From an uncultured Candidatus Binatia bacterium (lineage in GTDB: Bacteria > Desulfobacterota > Binatia > Bin18), in the NCBI GenBank assembly GCA_965214605.1, contig OZ243961.1:640001-704000 (forward strand): DNA of 64,000 nt, in the 5' to 3' direction. This document shows, piece after piece, positions 1 through 8,875 of the stretch; positions within the stretch are counted from its first letter, which is position 1; the number at the start of each line of letters is the position of its first letter. Below the pieces are notes generated by a model. That model searched no databases and was not told the origin of the DNA. It saw nothing but the letters and a program-made list of their open reading frames with translations. A program made the translations under genes and the position numbers.

Positions 1-1
1 G

Positions 2-679
2 CTTGATCCCGGTCACGGCGGCAAAGACCCGGGGGCTCTAGGACGCGGCCACGTCAGAGAAAAAGATGTGGTCCTGTCTCTGAGCAAGCAGCTAGCCCGC
101 AAACTCGAAACCCGTCTGCTGGTTGATGTCCTGTTTACGCGGACGGGCGATACCTTTATTCCTCTGGAAGAACGGACCGCTCGGGCCAATGCGGCCGGTG
201 CAAGCTTATTCGTATCGCTACACGCCAATGCCAGCCATAATCCAAAGACGCAGGGGATTGAGACCTATTATCTTAACAACACAAACGATCGGGCGGCCAG
301 ACGACTCGCCGCATTCGAGAATGGCCTGCTCCATCTAGCCAATCCCGTTCCAGCCAAGACCTACGTCTCGAACCTCGTCAGCGTGCTGCTGCAAAACGGT
401 AAAGAAGATCCTTCGATCGACTTAGCCCGGTATTTACAAACAGCCTTGGTCAACCAGGCAAAAAAGCGTAATCCAGAGGTCCGTAATCTTGGCGTCAAAA
501 AAGGGCCGTTTTACGTCTTGGTTGGCGCTGATATGCCGTGCGTGCTGGTTGAGACCGGGTTTATCACCAACGCAAAAGAACGCCGACTCTTGCTGTCCGC
601 GGCCTATCAGAACGACTTGGCCGAGGGACTGTATCAGGGGATTGCCAAGTTCCTCAGTCAGCCGGACAAAAACTTGTAG
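2..679 (+). CDS. N-acetylmuramoyl-L-alanine amidase (Amidase_3), 5'-truncated by the window edge
   Basis: Frame open from nt 2: LDPGHGGKDPGA...EKD, SLHANA, FYVL...MPCVLVETGFITN Zn-amidase motifs. Confidence 0.93.
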   Translation, partial: LDPGHGGKDPGALGRGHVREKDVVLSLSKQLARKLETRLLVDVLFTRTGDTFIPLEERTARANAAGASLFVSLHANASHNPKTQGIETYYLNNTNDRAARRLAAFENGLLHLANPVPAKTYVSNLVSVLLQNGKEDPSIDLARYLQTALVNQAKKRNPEVRNLGVKKGPFYVLVGADMPCVLVETGFITNAKERRLLLSAAYQNDLAEGLYQGIAKFLSQPDKNL

Positions 680-688
680 ACTGGGCTA

Positions 689-1303
689 CTAATCACGGTT
701 GGTCGGCCGGCCGACCGACCAGAGAAGCAGATAGCTCAGGCCAAAGCTGATGATGAGTACCAGCACAAGCCAAAGTGGCTGAAACGGAATAGACGGCGCG
801 TGGCCCGATCCGGCCAACATCGCAAAGACGAGCGGCAGCGACAGAAAGGTATTAATCCGGGAGACTAGGAGCGCAGTCTCAGCGCTTGGCCCCCCTTCGG
901 GTCCAGAACCACCCTGCCCTGTCCGGCCGATAATGCCTTGGTAGGCAGGCCAGATCACGAACCACGCGTTCACCCACATGATCGTCCCCAAGACCACCCC
1001 AAAGCTGATCCATAGTCCAGCACTCGAGCCGATCAGACCGGCCTCGCCAGTCAGGCCGCTGCCGAGCACAAAATACTTCCACACCAGCAACACGTAACCC
1101 GACAAAAATGTCAGCATCGCCCCCCACCGAAACCACAACAGGGTGGGCGGCATAAGCTGCGGGATGAGTTGATCACGGAGCGCGAGGGTGAGCTGGACGT
1201 GGATAAAAGTCAAGAAATAGAGCAGACCGATCCATGTCACTCCGGCCAGAATATGCAGCCAGCGAAACAGTGCCTGGACAAGGTCATGACCATCAACAGA
1301 CAT
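689..1303 (-). CDS. Membrane protein resembling the N-terminal domain of urate hydroxylase PuuD
   Basis: FRWLHILAGVTWIGLLYF, LLWFRWGAMLTFLSG, GTIMWVNAWFVIWP and SRINTFLSLP motifs; several TM helices; no CxxCH. Confidence 0.72.
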   Translation of the reverse strand: MSVDGHDLVQALFRWLHILAGVTWIGLLYFLTFIHVQLTLALRDQLIPQLMPPTLLWFRWGAMLTFLSGYVLLVWKYFVLGSGLTGEAGLIGSSAGLWISFGVVLGTIMWVNAWFVIWPAYQGIIGRTGQGGSGPEGGPSAETALLVSRINTFLSLPLVFAMLAGSGHAPSIPFQPLWLVLVLIISFGLSYLLLWSVGRPTNRD

Positions 1304-1384
1304 AGGCTTGTTTTGTCACAGCCGGTCGCAGTGTGGCAAGTGTAGGCCTGGGTGTGATTCGTCTGGCAACGGGTTTTGACGGGC

Positions 1385-1413
1385 TTGGCAGACGCGTCCA
1401 GGATGCGTATGGT
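1385..1413 (+). promoter_or_regulatory. Putative sigma70 promoter for the Zn-ribbon/DHH genes
   Basis: TTGGCA-N17-TATGGT. Confidence 0.45.
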
Positions 1414-1447
1414 AGCGGAATCGCATTCGGACATTAGGAGGAACCCC

Positions 1448-1642
1448 ATGGCCGAAAGAGGAAGAAATAGAAAAGACAAAAGCACGCAGAACAAACGCCC
1501 TTGCCCGGTGTGTGGAGACAGCGCTCGGGTCGTTCAGTATGCGGGTTTTGGTCCAAAGAAGGGCTTCTACTGGGCGTGTGAAAAAAAATCGTGCGATCAC
1601 AGGGCTTGCCCCTACCCGCATCGGACTGCCCGGACCCATTGA
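1448..1642 (+). CDS. Small basic Zn-ribbon-like protein (64 aa)
   Basis: AGGAGG RBS before ATG 1448; CPVCG...WACEKKSC Cys pairs; Lys/Arg-rich N-terminus. Confidence 0.65.
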   Translation: MAERGRNRKDKSTQNKRPCPVCGDSARVVQYAGFGPKKGFYWACEKKSCDHRACPYPHRTARTH

Positions 1643-1675
1643 GTCGCGTCCGGCGGACCGTGACCAGTCACCAGT

Positions 1676-2743
1676 GTGACCCAGGTAGCGGCGCCCGATA
1701 CAATACTCCCCATGCCACATACAAACAGATCCGAATCCCGCCTCCCGGTCGTCTATATCGTCAGTCACGGTCCGGGCTGTCTAGATGGCGTGACCGCCGC
1801 CGTTGCAGTTGCTCGCTACCGGGCTGGGGCCAGGCTGATTCCCCGCTTCGCCGCCAATAGCCGCATCGACCAAGTTCTGCGCTCGATTCACCCGGACGAG
1901 GCCCCTCCGGACAGCGAGGTGTGGATCACCGATATTTCGTGGACCGAAGAAGCGACCAACACGCACCTAGAGCAACTCGCGGCCAAGGGTGTCAGATTGT
2001 ATTGGTTCGATCACCACCGAACGGCCATCGCCCGGCATGCCAGCGGGGCAATTCACGCTCCCTTCACCGACTATAGGCTGAGCGAAGCTGTCTCAGGCGC
2101 CCGCCTCGTGTATGAATATTTGGAGCGCCAGCTGGCGGCCAGCGGCCAACACAACGAGGCTTTTCGCGCCTTTGCCCCGGTTGTGGCTCAGGCCGATGAC
2201 AATGATCGGTGGATCCACGCCATCCCTGGTTCGCGTGAATTAGCCTTAACCGTCAGCACCTTGGCCGGCACTGATGACGATAATCTTGACGCCTACCACG
2301 CCCTACTCGATATTGATGCCAATATCACCTACAGCCCGGCAATGCGGGCGGCCTACGAAAAATCAACCCGCGAGATCAAAGACAGTTTTGCCCTTGCCGA
2401 GCGCAGCAAAATTCGGCGGCCAGCACTGGACGGTGCCTATAGCCTGGTCTGCGCGGTGTGTGATGGTTATCCCAGCGAAATCGGGGACAGCTGGGGCAAA
2501 CAGGCGACCAACACCGTCTTTGTGCTCTACGATCGCAAAAATGGAGGCGTCAGTTTACGTCGCTCCCCAGATTGCCAGGTCGACCTGTCCAAGTTGGCCC
2601 AAATGTTCGGTGGAGGTGGTCACCCCGCCGCTTCTGGCTGCCGGCCGCAAGGACTGCCCGAGTTGATCGCCCAAAGCCTGGCCGGGTTGTTCGCCTCGGG
2701 TCTACAGGACTTGCTCAATCCAGACCACCTGGACCCGAGCTAA
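1676..2743 (+). CDS. DHH/DHHA1 phosphoesterase (NrnB-like nanoRNase family); alternative start 1712
   Basis: HGPGCLDG, TDIS, FDHH and C-terminal GGGGHPAASG motifs. Confidence 0.85.
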   Translation: MTQVAAPDTILPMPHTNRSESRLPVVYIVSHGPGCLDGVTAAVAVARYRAGARLIPRFAANSRIDQVLRSIHPDEAPPDSEVWITDISWTEEATNTHLEQLAAKGVRLYWFDHHRTAIARHASGAIHAPFTDYRLSEAVSGARLVYEYLERQLAASGQHNEAFRAFAPVVAQADDNDRWIHAIPGSRELALTVSTLAGTDDDNLDAYHALLDIDANITYSPAMRAAYEKSTREIKDSFALAERSKIRRPALDGAYSLVCAVCDGYPSEIGDSWGKQATNTVFVLYDRKNGGVSLRRSPDCQVDLSKLAQMFGGGGHPAASGCRPQGLPELIAQSLAGLFASGLQDLLNPDHLDPS

Positions 2744-2751
2744 ACAGCTGG

Positions 2752-3546
2752 CTAGTCCTTTTTTCGAGCTTGAGCGAGCTCATACGCATAATCAATAACC
2801 AGCGGCGCATGATCGGAAAAGCGCTGAGCTTTATAAATCCACGTCTGGCGGGCTTTGGCCGCCAGGCCTGGAGTAGCAACCTGGTAGTCCAGCCGCCAGC
2901 CAACGTTTTTAGCCCAGGCCTGGCCCCGGTTTGACCACCAGGTGTATTGCTCGGCGTCTCGATTCAGGCGGCGAAAAACATCGACAAAGCCGATCTCATC
3001 AAAGACGCGTGTCAGCCACTTCCGTTCCTGGGGCAAAAAACCGGAATTTTTTTGATTCGAGCGCCAGTTTTTCAGATCCTTTTGGGTATGGGCAATATTC
3101 CAATCACCGCACACCACCACATGTCTGCGGCTAGCCCGGAGGGCCTGCAGTTCAGGCAGGAGGCGATCCATAAACGCGTACTTGACCGCCTGGCGCTGCT
3201 CTGAACTCGAACCCGACGGCAGATACAGAGAGATAACACTCAACCGGCCAAAATCAGCCTGTAGATACCGCCCCTCAGCATCAATATCGGTATGACCCCA
3301 GCCATACCGCAGCGTGTCTGGAGCGCGCCGGGCATACACCCCAACCCCGGAATAGCCACGCTTTTCGGCTGGATGGAAAAATCCGGTCAGGCCCGTGGGC
3401 TGGCGCAGCGCCGAAGGCAGGTCGCCCTCCTGAGCTTTCAACTCTTGGACACACACCAGATCGGGTCGTTGGTCTGCCACCCAGACAAAAAATCCTTTAC
3501 GGGCGGCCGAGCGGATACCGTTGAGATTGCACGAGATGATACGCAT
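2752..3546 (-). CDS. xth: Exodeoxyribonuclease III / AP endonuclease
   Basis: NLNGIRS, QELK, GYSGV, GDWNIAH, GWRLDY, SDHAP catalytic motifs. Confidence 0.95.
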   Translation of the reverse strand: MRIISCNLNGIRSAARKGFFVWVADQRPDLVCVQELKAQEGDLPSALRQPTGLTGFFHPAEKRGYSGVGVYARRAPDTLRYGWGHTDIDAEGRYLQADFGRLSVISLYLPSGSSSEQRQAVKYAFMDRLLPELQALRASRRHVVVCGDWNIAHTQKDLKNWRSNQKNSGFLPQERKWLTRVFDEIGFVDVFRRLNRDAEQYTWWSNRGQAWAKNVGWRLDYQVATPGLAAKARQTWIYKAQRFSDHAPLVIDYAYELAQARKKD

Positions 3547-3564
3547 GCGTCCTTTTTGAACAGT

Positions 3565-3813
3565 CTATTGGGGGAGGGTGTGACGTGGCCGGGGCACTGG
3601 ATCAAAGCCGCCAGGACAAAAGGGGTGACACCGGCCGAGCCGTTTGAGGATCAAGACTAGGGCTCGAAAAAAAGGGTGGAGTTGAAAACAATCAATGGCG
3701 TACTGGGAACAGCTGGGCGCAAAACGGCAGCCTGCCTGCGGACCGCAAGTAGCGACCAAGAGTGGCGAAACAAGGCGCTGGTAGCCGCGCAGTAGACCGA
3801 TCAAGCTCCGCAT
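3565..3813 (-). CDS. yidD: Membrane protein insertion efficiency factor
   Basis: YQRLVSP...[11 protein letters not shown]...[13 protein letters not shown]. Confidence 0.9.
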   Translation of the reverse strand: MRSLIGLLRGYQRLVSPLLVATCGPQAGCRFAPSCSQYAIDCFQLHPFFRALVLILKRLGRCHPFCPGGFDPVPRPRHTLPQ

Positions 3814-3938
3814 CCCAGCTGAGCGCAGCCAGACCTGGATTCTGGACGCCGCTGCAGTGCTATACCCCATACGCCCAGACTCTACCCTAACCGCTGAAAA
3901 AAAGACACCGCCGCCCGACCCGCTCCGGACGCCTAATC

Positions 3939-3967
3939 TTGACAGTCTCAGTTACGCTGGATAAGAG
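3939..3967 (+). promoter_or_regulatory. Putative sigma70 promoter of the DyP gene
   Basis: TTGACA-N17-TAAGAG; GGAGGAGG RBS follows. Confidence 0.4.
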
Positions 3968-3999
3968 GAGAGTAGCAAATTCTAGAGGAGGAGGATCAT

Positions 4000-4923
4000 A
4001 TGGCAACACCTCAACCCGCCGTACTGAACAGGGATATGGGCAAGCATCAGTGGTATGTCCATCTAAGCCGTTTGGACGGCGCAGATCTGGGAGTGATCAA
4101 GTCTGCCGTCTCGCAACTGCGCAAAGACTGCGATGCTCAGGGGATCAATCTTACCATCGGCGTTGGTCCCAGCCTATTGCCAGACCTGACCAACGACGTC
4201 CCCAACGATTTTCAGCCCTACGAAACCTTTAGGTCCATTGATGGGAGCGGTAAAGAGGCCAAGGGAACCCAGGAAGAGCTGCTGTTCTGGCTCAATCACG
4301 ACGACAAAGACAAGGTTTGGAAGACACAGTTCGATGCCCGTGAGGCGCTCAAGGGACACATGCGGGTCGCTCGCGAGACCATGACTTTTATCTATGGGAA
4401 CTCCTTTGATATGACAGGTTTCAAGGACGGAACCGGCAACCCTGAGCCTGAGCGCGACGTCGAGGTTGCCATTGTTCCGGACGGAGAGCCCGGAGCTGGG
4501 GGAAGCTTTATCATCGCCCAGCGCTGGATTCATGACCTTGAGGCGTTTAATCTGCTGCCGGTCGATGAACAGGAAAAAGTCTTTGGTCGGACCAAAGGGG
4601 AGGAGTCAGCCAAGCTCTCCCCTCTCCCTCCCACCTCTCATCTGGCTCATCACGAGTTACGTGAGGGCAGAACAGGCGATGAGAGCACGCCTAAACGTGA
4701 CGAAATCTCCCGCCGTTCGACGCCGTATGCCTTCCACGATGGCACCGTGGGGCTCTATTTTATGGCCTTCTGCAAATCGCAAGCCCCGCTGCGCGAGCGC
4801 ATGCGAGCCATGTACGGCATGGACGGTCAGGTGCGTGACCGACTGACGTCGTACAGCAATCCGGCCTCTGGTTCGTTCTATTTTGCCCCATCGGTCGAGA
4901 CGCTTGATCAAGCGCTGTCGTAA
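4000..4923 (+). CDS. Dyp-type heme peroxidase (YfeX-like, cytoplasmic)
   Basis: GFKDG (GxxDG), QRWIHDL, GRTK, SHL (proximal His), RRSTPY, FYFAPS; no Tat signal. Confidence 0.92.
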   Translation: MATPQPAVLNRDMGKHQWYVHLSRLDGADLGVIKSAVSQLRKDCDAQGINLTIGVGPSLLPDLTNDVPNDFQPYETFRSIDGSGKEAKGTQEELLFWLNHDDKDKVWKTQFDAREALKGHMRVARETMTFIYGNSFDMTGFKDGTGNPEPERDVEVAIVPDGEPGAGGSFIIAQRWIHDLEAFNLLPVDEQEKVFGRTKGEESAKLSPLPPTSHLAHHELREGRTGDESTPKRDEISRRSTPYAFHDGTVGLYFMAFCKSQAPLRERMRAMYGMDGQVRDRLTSYSNPASGSFYFAPSVETLDQALS

Positions 4924-4945
4924 CGCGACGGTTCGCCAAGAGTCC

Positions 4946-4982
4946 AAACGGGGCATCTCTCGCCGGATGTCCCGTTTCTTTT
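4946..4982 (+). terminator. Intrinsic terminator after DyP, between convergent genes
   Basis: AAACGGGGCATC-loop-GATGTCCCGTTT followed by CTTTT. Confidence 0.75.
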
Positions 4983-4985
4983 GGC

Positions 4986-5588
4986 TCAGAGTTTTTTCAG
5001 GGTAAACACTGCCGTGGTGGCACGTAAATTTTTATAGCGGAAATTTTTCAAGCGACGGGTATGAGCCAAGTAGCGCTCCTCTGTAATGTGGACTCCCAAC
5101 TGCTGACAAAAGTCGCCAAAATCGGCCACCGTAAAGGCCTGCCAGCGGGGCGCTTCGTACCAGCGTTCGGGCAGGTCAGAGGCCTGCGGGATACGACCGG
5201 TCAACAGCAGCGCAAGTCGACACCGCCAGTAGCCCCAGTTGGGAAAACTGACAATCGCCTGTTTGCCGACCCGCAGCATCTCCTGCACGATCATGGCCGG
5301 ATCGTCGAGAAAGGGCAACGTCTGGCTCAGGATCACGTAGTCAAAGCTGGCCTCAGGATAATCGGCCAGACCCTCTTCGAGGTTGCCCTGGCGCACACTT
5401 AAACCGCGTCGCACACACGTCAGAATCCCGCGCTCACCCAACTCAATGCCGCGTCCAGTTACCAGTTTCTCCCGGACGAGATACTGCAGCAGAGCGCCGT
5501 CTCCACACCCCAGGTCAAGAACACGGACCTGGGAAGGGACCAGATCGGCAATGACGAGGAGATCGGAGCGCAGGCTGATAGAACTCAC
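4986..5588 (-). CDS. metW: Methionine biosynthesis protein MetW
   Basis: RVLDLGCGDG, FDYVILSQTL, IVSFPNWGYWRCR; directly downstream of metX. Confidence 0.92.
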   Translation of the reverse strand: MSSISLRSDLLVIADLVPSQVRVLDLGCGDGALLQYLVREKLVTGRGIELGERGILTCVRRGLSVRQGNLEEGLADYPEASFDYVILSQTLPFLDDPAMIVQEMLRVGKQAIVSFPNWGYWRCRLALLLTGRIPQASDLPERWYEAPRWQAFTVADFGDFCQQLGVHITEERYLAHTRRLKNFRYKNLRATTAVFTLKKL

Positions 5589-5645
5589 AACTTGGCTTGG
5601 AGACAGAGGGTGAGGCGCAGCGGGGTAGAGATTGCCGCTACCCGC

Positions 5646-6854
5646 TCATGCAGCTACCTCGGTCTTGCGCCCCTTTTGATCACGGGGCGGCGATGGGTCG
5701 GGGACAGCAATGGCCTCAGCGTGGACCAAACGGTCAAGAAAACTGCCGAGCAAATTGGTCATAGTCTCGACTTCGAGCAGAAACGCGTCGTGACCCCACG
5801 AGCTCTGGACATCCAGATAGGTGACATCGGCGCCGGCGGCGGTCAGCGCGCTCACCAGCTCTCTGCTGTGATAGCTCGGATACAACCAGTCGCTCGTAAA
5901 ACTGACGACCAGATATTTCAGCGCGGCGGAGTTGGCAAAGGCGGCGGCCAAGGCGCCGGTTGTCGCGCTCAGGTCAAAATAGTCCATCGCCTTGGTGATA
6001 TACAGATAACTGTTGGCGTCAAACCGACGGGTAAAATTGTTCCCTTTATATTTTAAATAGCTCTCGACCTGAAACTCGGTCCGAAATTCATAGCCGTAGC
6101 GGACGCGGTCTTGCAAACGGCGGCCAAACTTCTGCTGCATGGACTCTTCGCTCAAGTAGGTAATGTGACCGACCATCCGGGCAACGGCCAGCCCGGCGTC
6201 AGGCTTGATCTCCGCCCCATAATAGTCGCCATTGTTCCAGGCTGGATCGGCATAAATCGCCTGGCGACCGACCTCGCTCAGAGCGATCAGCATCGGACTG
6301 TGGTGGGCGGTAGTCGCGATCGGTATGGCTGCCCGGACGCGTTGGGGGTAGGTGGCCGCCCACTCCAGGGCCTGCATGCCACCCATTGAGCCACCGGCCA
6401 CACACAGCAGCTTGTCAATCTCTAGGTGATCTAGCAGCCGGACCTGGGCTCGGACCATATCACCTATTGTCACCACTGGGAAATGCATGCCGTACGGCGT
6501 CTGGGTGGCCGGGTCAAGATGAGTTGGACCGGTTGAGCCATAACAGCCGCCTAGGACATTGCTACAAATAACAAAGAACCGATCGGTATCAAAAGCTTTG
6601 CCCGGTCCAATACAATCGTCCCACCAGCCCAGACGTATATCCTCAGGATCATGGTATCCGGCGGCGTGGGCACTTCCGCTCAACGCATGAGTCACCAGAA
6701 TGGCGTTTGAGCGATCCGCATTCAGCCGGCCATAGGTTTCATAGCTAAGGGTTACGGGGCTCAGTGTCGCGCCACTGTCAAGCGGAAACGGGCGCTGCTG
6801 GGCGAAGGTGAGTTCTTGCGGCTGAACAATGCCGACGGAGCCGGGTCTGCTCAT
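5646..6854 (-). CDS. metX: Homoserine O-acyl(acetyl)transferase
   Basis: HALSG, GGSMGGMQ nucleophile, FDANSYL, GHDAFL. Confidence 0.95.
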   Translation of the reverse strand: MSRPGSVGIVQPQELTFAQQRPFPLDSGATLSPVTLSYETYGRLNADRSNAILVTHALSGSAHAAGYHDPEDIRLGWWDDCIGPGKAFDTDRFFVICSNVLGGCYGSTGPTHLDPATQTPYGMHFPVVTIGDMVRAQVRLLDHLEIDKLLCVAGGSMGGMQALEWAATYPQRVRAAIPIATTAHHSPMLIALSEVGRQAIYADPAWNNGDYYGAEIKPDAGLAVARMVGHITYLSEESMQQKFGRRLQDRVRYGYEFRTEFQVESYLKYKGNNFTRRFDANSYLYITKAMDYFDLSATTGALAAAFANSAALKYLVVSFTSDWLYPSYHSRELVSALTAAGADVTYLDVQSSWGHDAFLLEVETMTNLLGSFLDRLVHAEAIAVPDPSPPRDQKGRKTEVAA

Positions 6855-6926
6855 GGGTCGTCTCAGTCAGGGGCACACGGGCCAAAAAAGCGTCAAGAGG
6901 AAGGCAAGCGGGGACCGGGGCTTATT

Positions 6927-8225
6927 CTAGCCAGCGGCTGCCTTGAGTGCCTGATCTAGGTCCCACACAATATCATCAATGTCTTCTAACCCGACACTCA
7001 GTCGGACGAAATCTGGTGACACACCAGCACTCACCAACTCATCTTCGTTGAGCTGACTGTGAGTCGTGCTGGCCGGGTGAATAGCCAGACTCTTGGCATC
7101 TCCGACATTGGCCACATGGCTGTGGAGTTTCAGGCTATTGATGAATTTCTCGCCCGTTTCGCGTCCCCCCTTGATCAGAAAACCCAGGATCGATCCGGGG
7201 CCTTTGGGTAGATATTTTTCGGCTTTGGCATGATCCGGATGCTTGGTCAGGCCGGGAAAGGCGACCGAGTTGACGCCGGGGTGGGCGTCAAGAAACTCGG
7301 CCACCTGTTGGGCATTTTCTACATGGCGCTGCATGCGCAGACTCAGCGTCTCGACCCCCAGCAGGGTGGTAAAGCTATCAAACGGAGCCTGACAGCCGCC
7401 CACATCGCGTAGGATCTGGACCCGAGACTTGAGAATCATGGCCGGGGCGCCCAGGTCGGCGTAGACCAGACCATGATAGGACGGGTCTGGCTCGGTAAAA
7501 TTGGGGAAGCGTCCACTGCGCCAGTCAAAATTGCCGCCGTCAACAATCACCCCGCCAATAGCCGTGCCGTGCCCACTCAGAAACTTGGTTGTGCTGTGAG
7601 TGACAATATGCGCCCCCCACTCAAATGGTCGGCACAGGTAGGGCGTGGCAAAGGTATTATCGATCATGATCGGAATATTATAGGCTCGGGAGACCTCGGA
7701 CACCTCGTCGAACGGAAAGACTGTAATGTCCGGATTGCCCAGAGTTTCACCGTATAAAATCCTGGTGTTGGGCCGCACGGCAGCGGCAAATTCTTCGGAG
7801 TTGGTTGGATCAACAAAGGTCGTCGTAATCCCCAGGCGCGGAAAGGTGTGGGCGAACTGATTATACGTCCCGCCATAGAGGCGACTGCTGCTCACAATAT
7901 GGTCGCCCTGACCACACAGAGCCATAATGGCTATCATCTGGGCCGCGTGGCCACTGCTGGCGACCAAGGCTCCAACCCCACCTTCGAGCGAGGCTAAACG
8001 CTGTTCCAAGACATCGTTGGTCGGATTCATAATACGGGTATAAATATTACCAAGCTCTTTGAGCGCAAACAGGCTGGCCGCGTGTTGGGTGTTTTTGAAC
8101 TGATAGCTGGTCGTGTGATAAATGGGGACCGCCCGACTGCCGGTGGTGGGATCGGGCTCTTGGCCAGCGTGCAGTTGACGAGTGTTAAATCCGTATTGGC
8201 GATCCTGTATTTCATTGGCACTCAT
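6927..8225 (-). CDS. metY: O-acetylhomoserine aminocarboxypropyltransferase (sulfhydrylase)
   Basis: LHAGQ, YTRIMNPT, HSTTKF (PLP Lys), ANVGDAKSLAIHPASTTHSQL. Confidence 0.95.
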   Translation of the reverse strand: MSANEIQDRQYGFNTRQLHAGQEPDPTTGSRAVPIYHTTSYQFKNTQHAASLFALKELGNIYTRIMNPTNDVLEQRLASLEGGVGALVASSGHAAQMIAIMALCGQGDHIVSSSRLYGGTYNQFAHTFPRLGITTTFVDPTNSEEFAAAVRPNTRILYGETLGNPDITVFPFDEVSEVSRAYNIPIMIDNTFATPYLCRPFEWGAHIVTHSTTKFLSGHGTAIGGVIVDGGNFDWRSGRFPNFTEPDPSYHGLVYADLGAPAMILKSRVQILRDVGGCQAPFDSFTTLLGVETLSLRMQRHVENAQQVAEFLDAHPGVNSVAFPGLTKHPDHAKAEKYLPKGPGSILGFLIKGGRETGEKFINSLKLHSHVANVGDAKSLAIHPASTTHSQLNEDELVSAGVSPDFVRLSVGLEDIDDIVWDLDQALKAAAG

Positions 8226-8295
8226 GCACTCTTCTCCCTCTGTGGTGTGCAGTTCGTCTTCGCCTCCCTTGCCAGCGGCGACCAAAAGCTTCCAG

Positions 8296-8325
8296 AGTAT
8301 AGCGGGAGAAGACTGGGAGTAGCAA
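8296..8325 (-). promoter_or_regulatory. Putative sigma70 promoter of metYXW
   Basis: Minus strand TTGCTA-N18-TATACT. Confidence 0.55.
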
Positions 8326-8355
8326 GAGCAAGCCCCAACTCGACCGGGAGACGCG

Positions 8356-8384
8356 TTGCGGGACCTCTCACAGCTGGCTATGAT
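8356..8384 (+). promoter_or_regulatory. Putative sigma70 promoter of the dsrE-like/TusA-MetE operon
   Basis: TTGCGG-N17-TATGAT; back-to-back with the metY promoter. Confidence 0.5.
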
Positions 8385-8434
8385 GTCCTCTATCCGTCAC
8401 TCAGGGCGGGCTGCAGCGTATAAGGAGGATTCCC

Positions 8435-8797
8435 ATGCCAGGCAAATTCTGTGTTTCCCTTACCTCCGCCAAAGACAACCCAGATAAAGCCACCGTCGCC
8501 TTTGTGATTGCCAATGCCTCGGTTGGCTCCGATCAGGACACTCTGGTATTCTTGAGTACCGAAGGGGTTCGTCTGGCGGTCAACGGCTATGCCGATGACA
8601 TCCATGAAGACGGCTTCCTCCCCCTCAAAGAGCTGATGAGCAACTATGCCGAGGCGGGGGGGACGATCTATGTGTGCTCGCCGTGTTTTAAGAGGCGGGG
8701 TCTGGACGAAAACAATCTTGTCCCAGGAGCAACGATCGTCGGGGGGGCTAAGCTGGTCGAGTATCTGGTTGACGGCACGCCGTGTGTGTCGTACTGA
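8435..8797 (+). CDS. DsrE/DsrF-like family protein with CxxC
   Basis: AAGGAGG RBS; VFLSTEGVRL, GGTIYVCSPCFKRRG, GATIVGG, C-terminal Y. Confidence 0.85.
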   Translation: MPGKFCVSLTSAKDNPDKATVAFVIANASVGSDQDTLVFLSTEGVRLAVNGYADDIHEDGFLPLKELMSNYAEAGGTIYVCSPCFKRRGLDENNLVPGATIVGGAKLVEYLVDGTPCVSY

Positions 8798-8875
8798 TCT
8801 CTCAAGACCCAGGATGTTTTCCCACTTATCGCCCCCAGGTCAGAGACAGGAGTGAGGGCGCAGGAGTTGCAGGGG

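Noticed and set aside
2752-3546. Catabolite repression protein Crc
   Set aside because: All AP-endonuclease catalytic residues are intact, so this is ordinary Xth.
4000-4923. Encapsulin cargo DyP
   Set aside because: No C-terminal GSLxIGSL-type targeting peptide and no encapsulin gene adjacent; a terminator follows directly.
8226-8434. SAM riboswitch upstream of metY
   Set aside because: No SAM-I core (ATC..GAG...GGCAACC...GTGC) on either strand, and the predicted leader is short.
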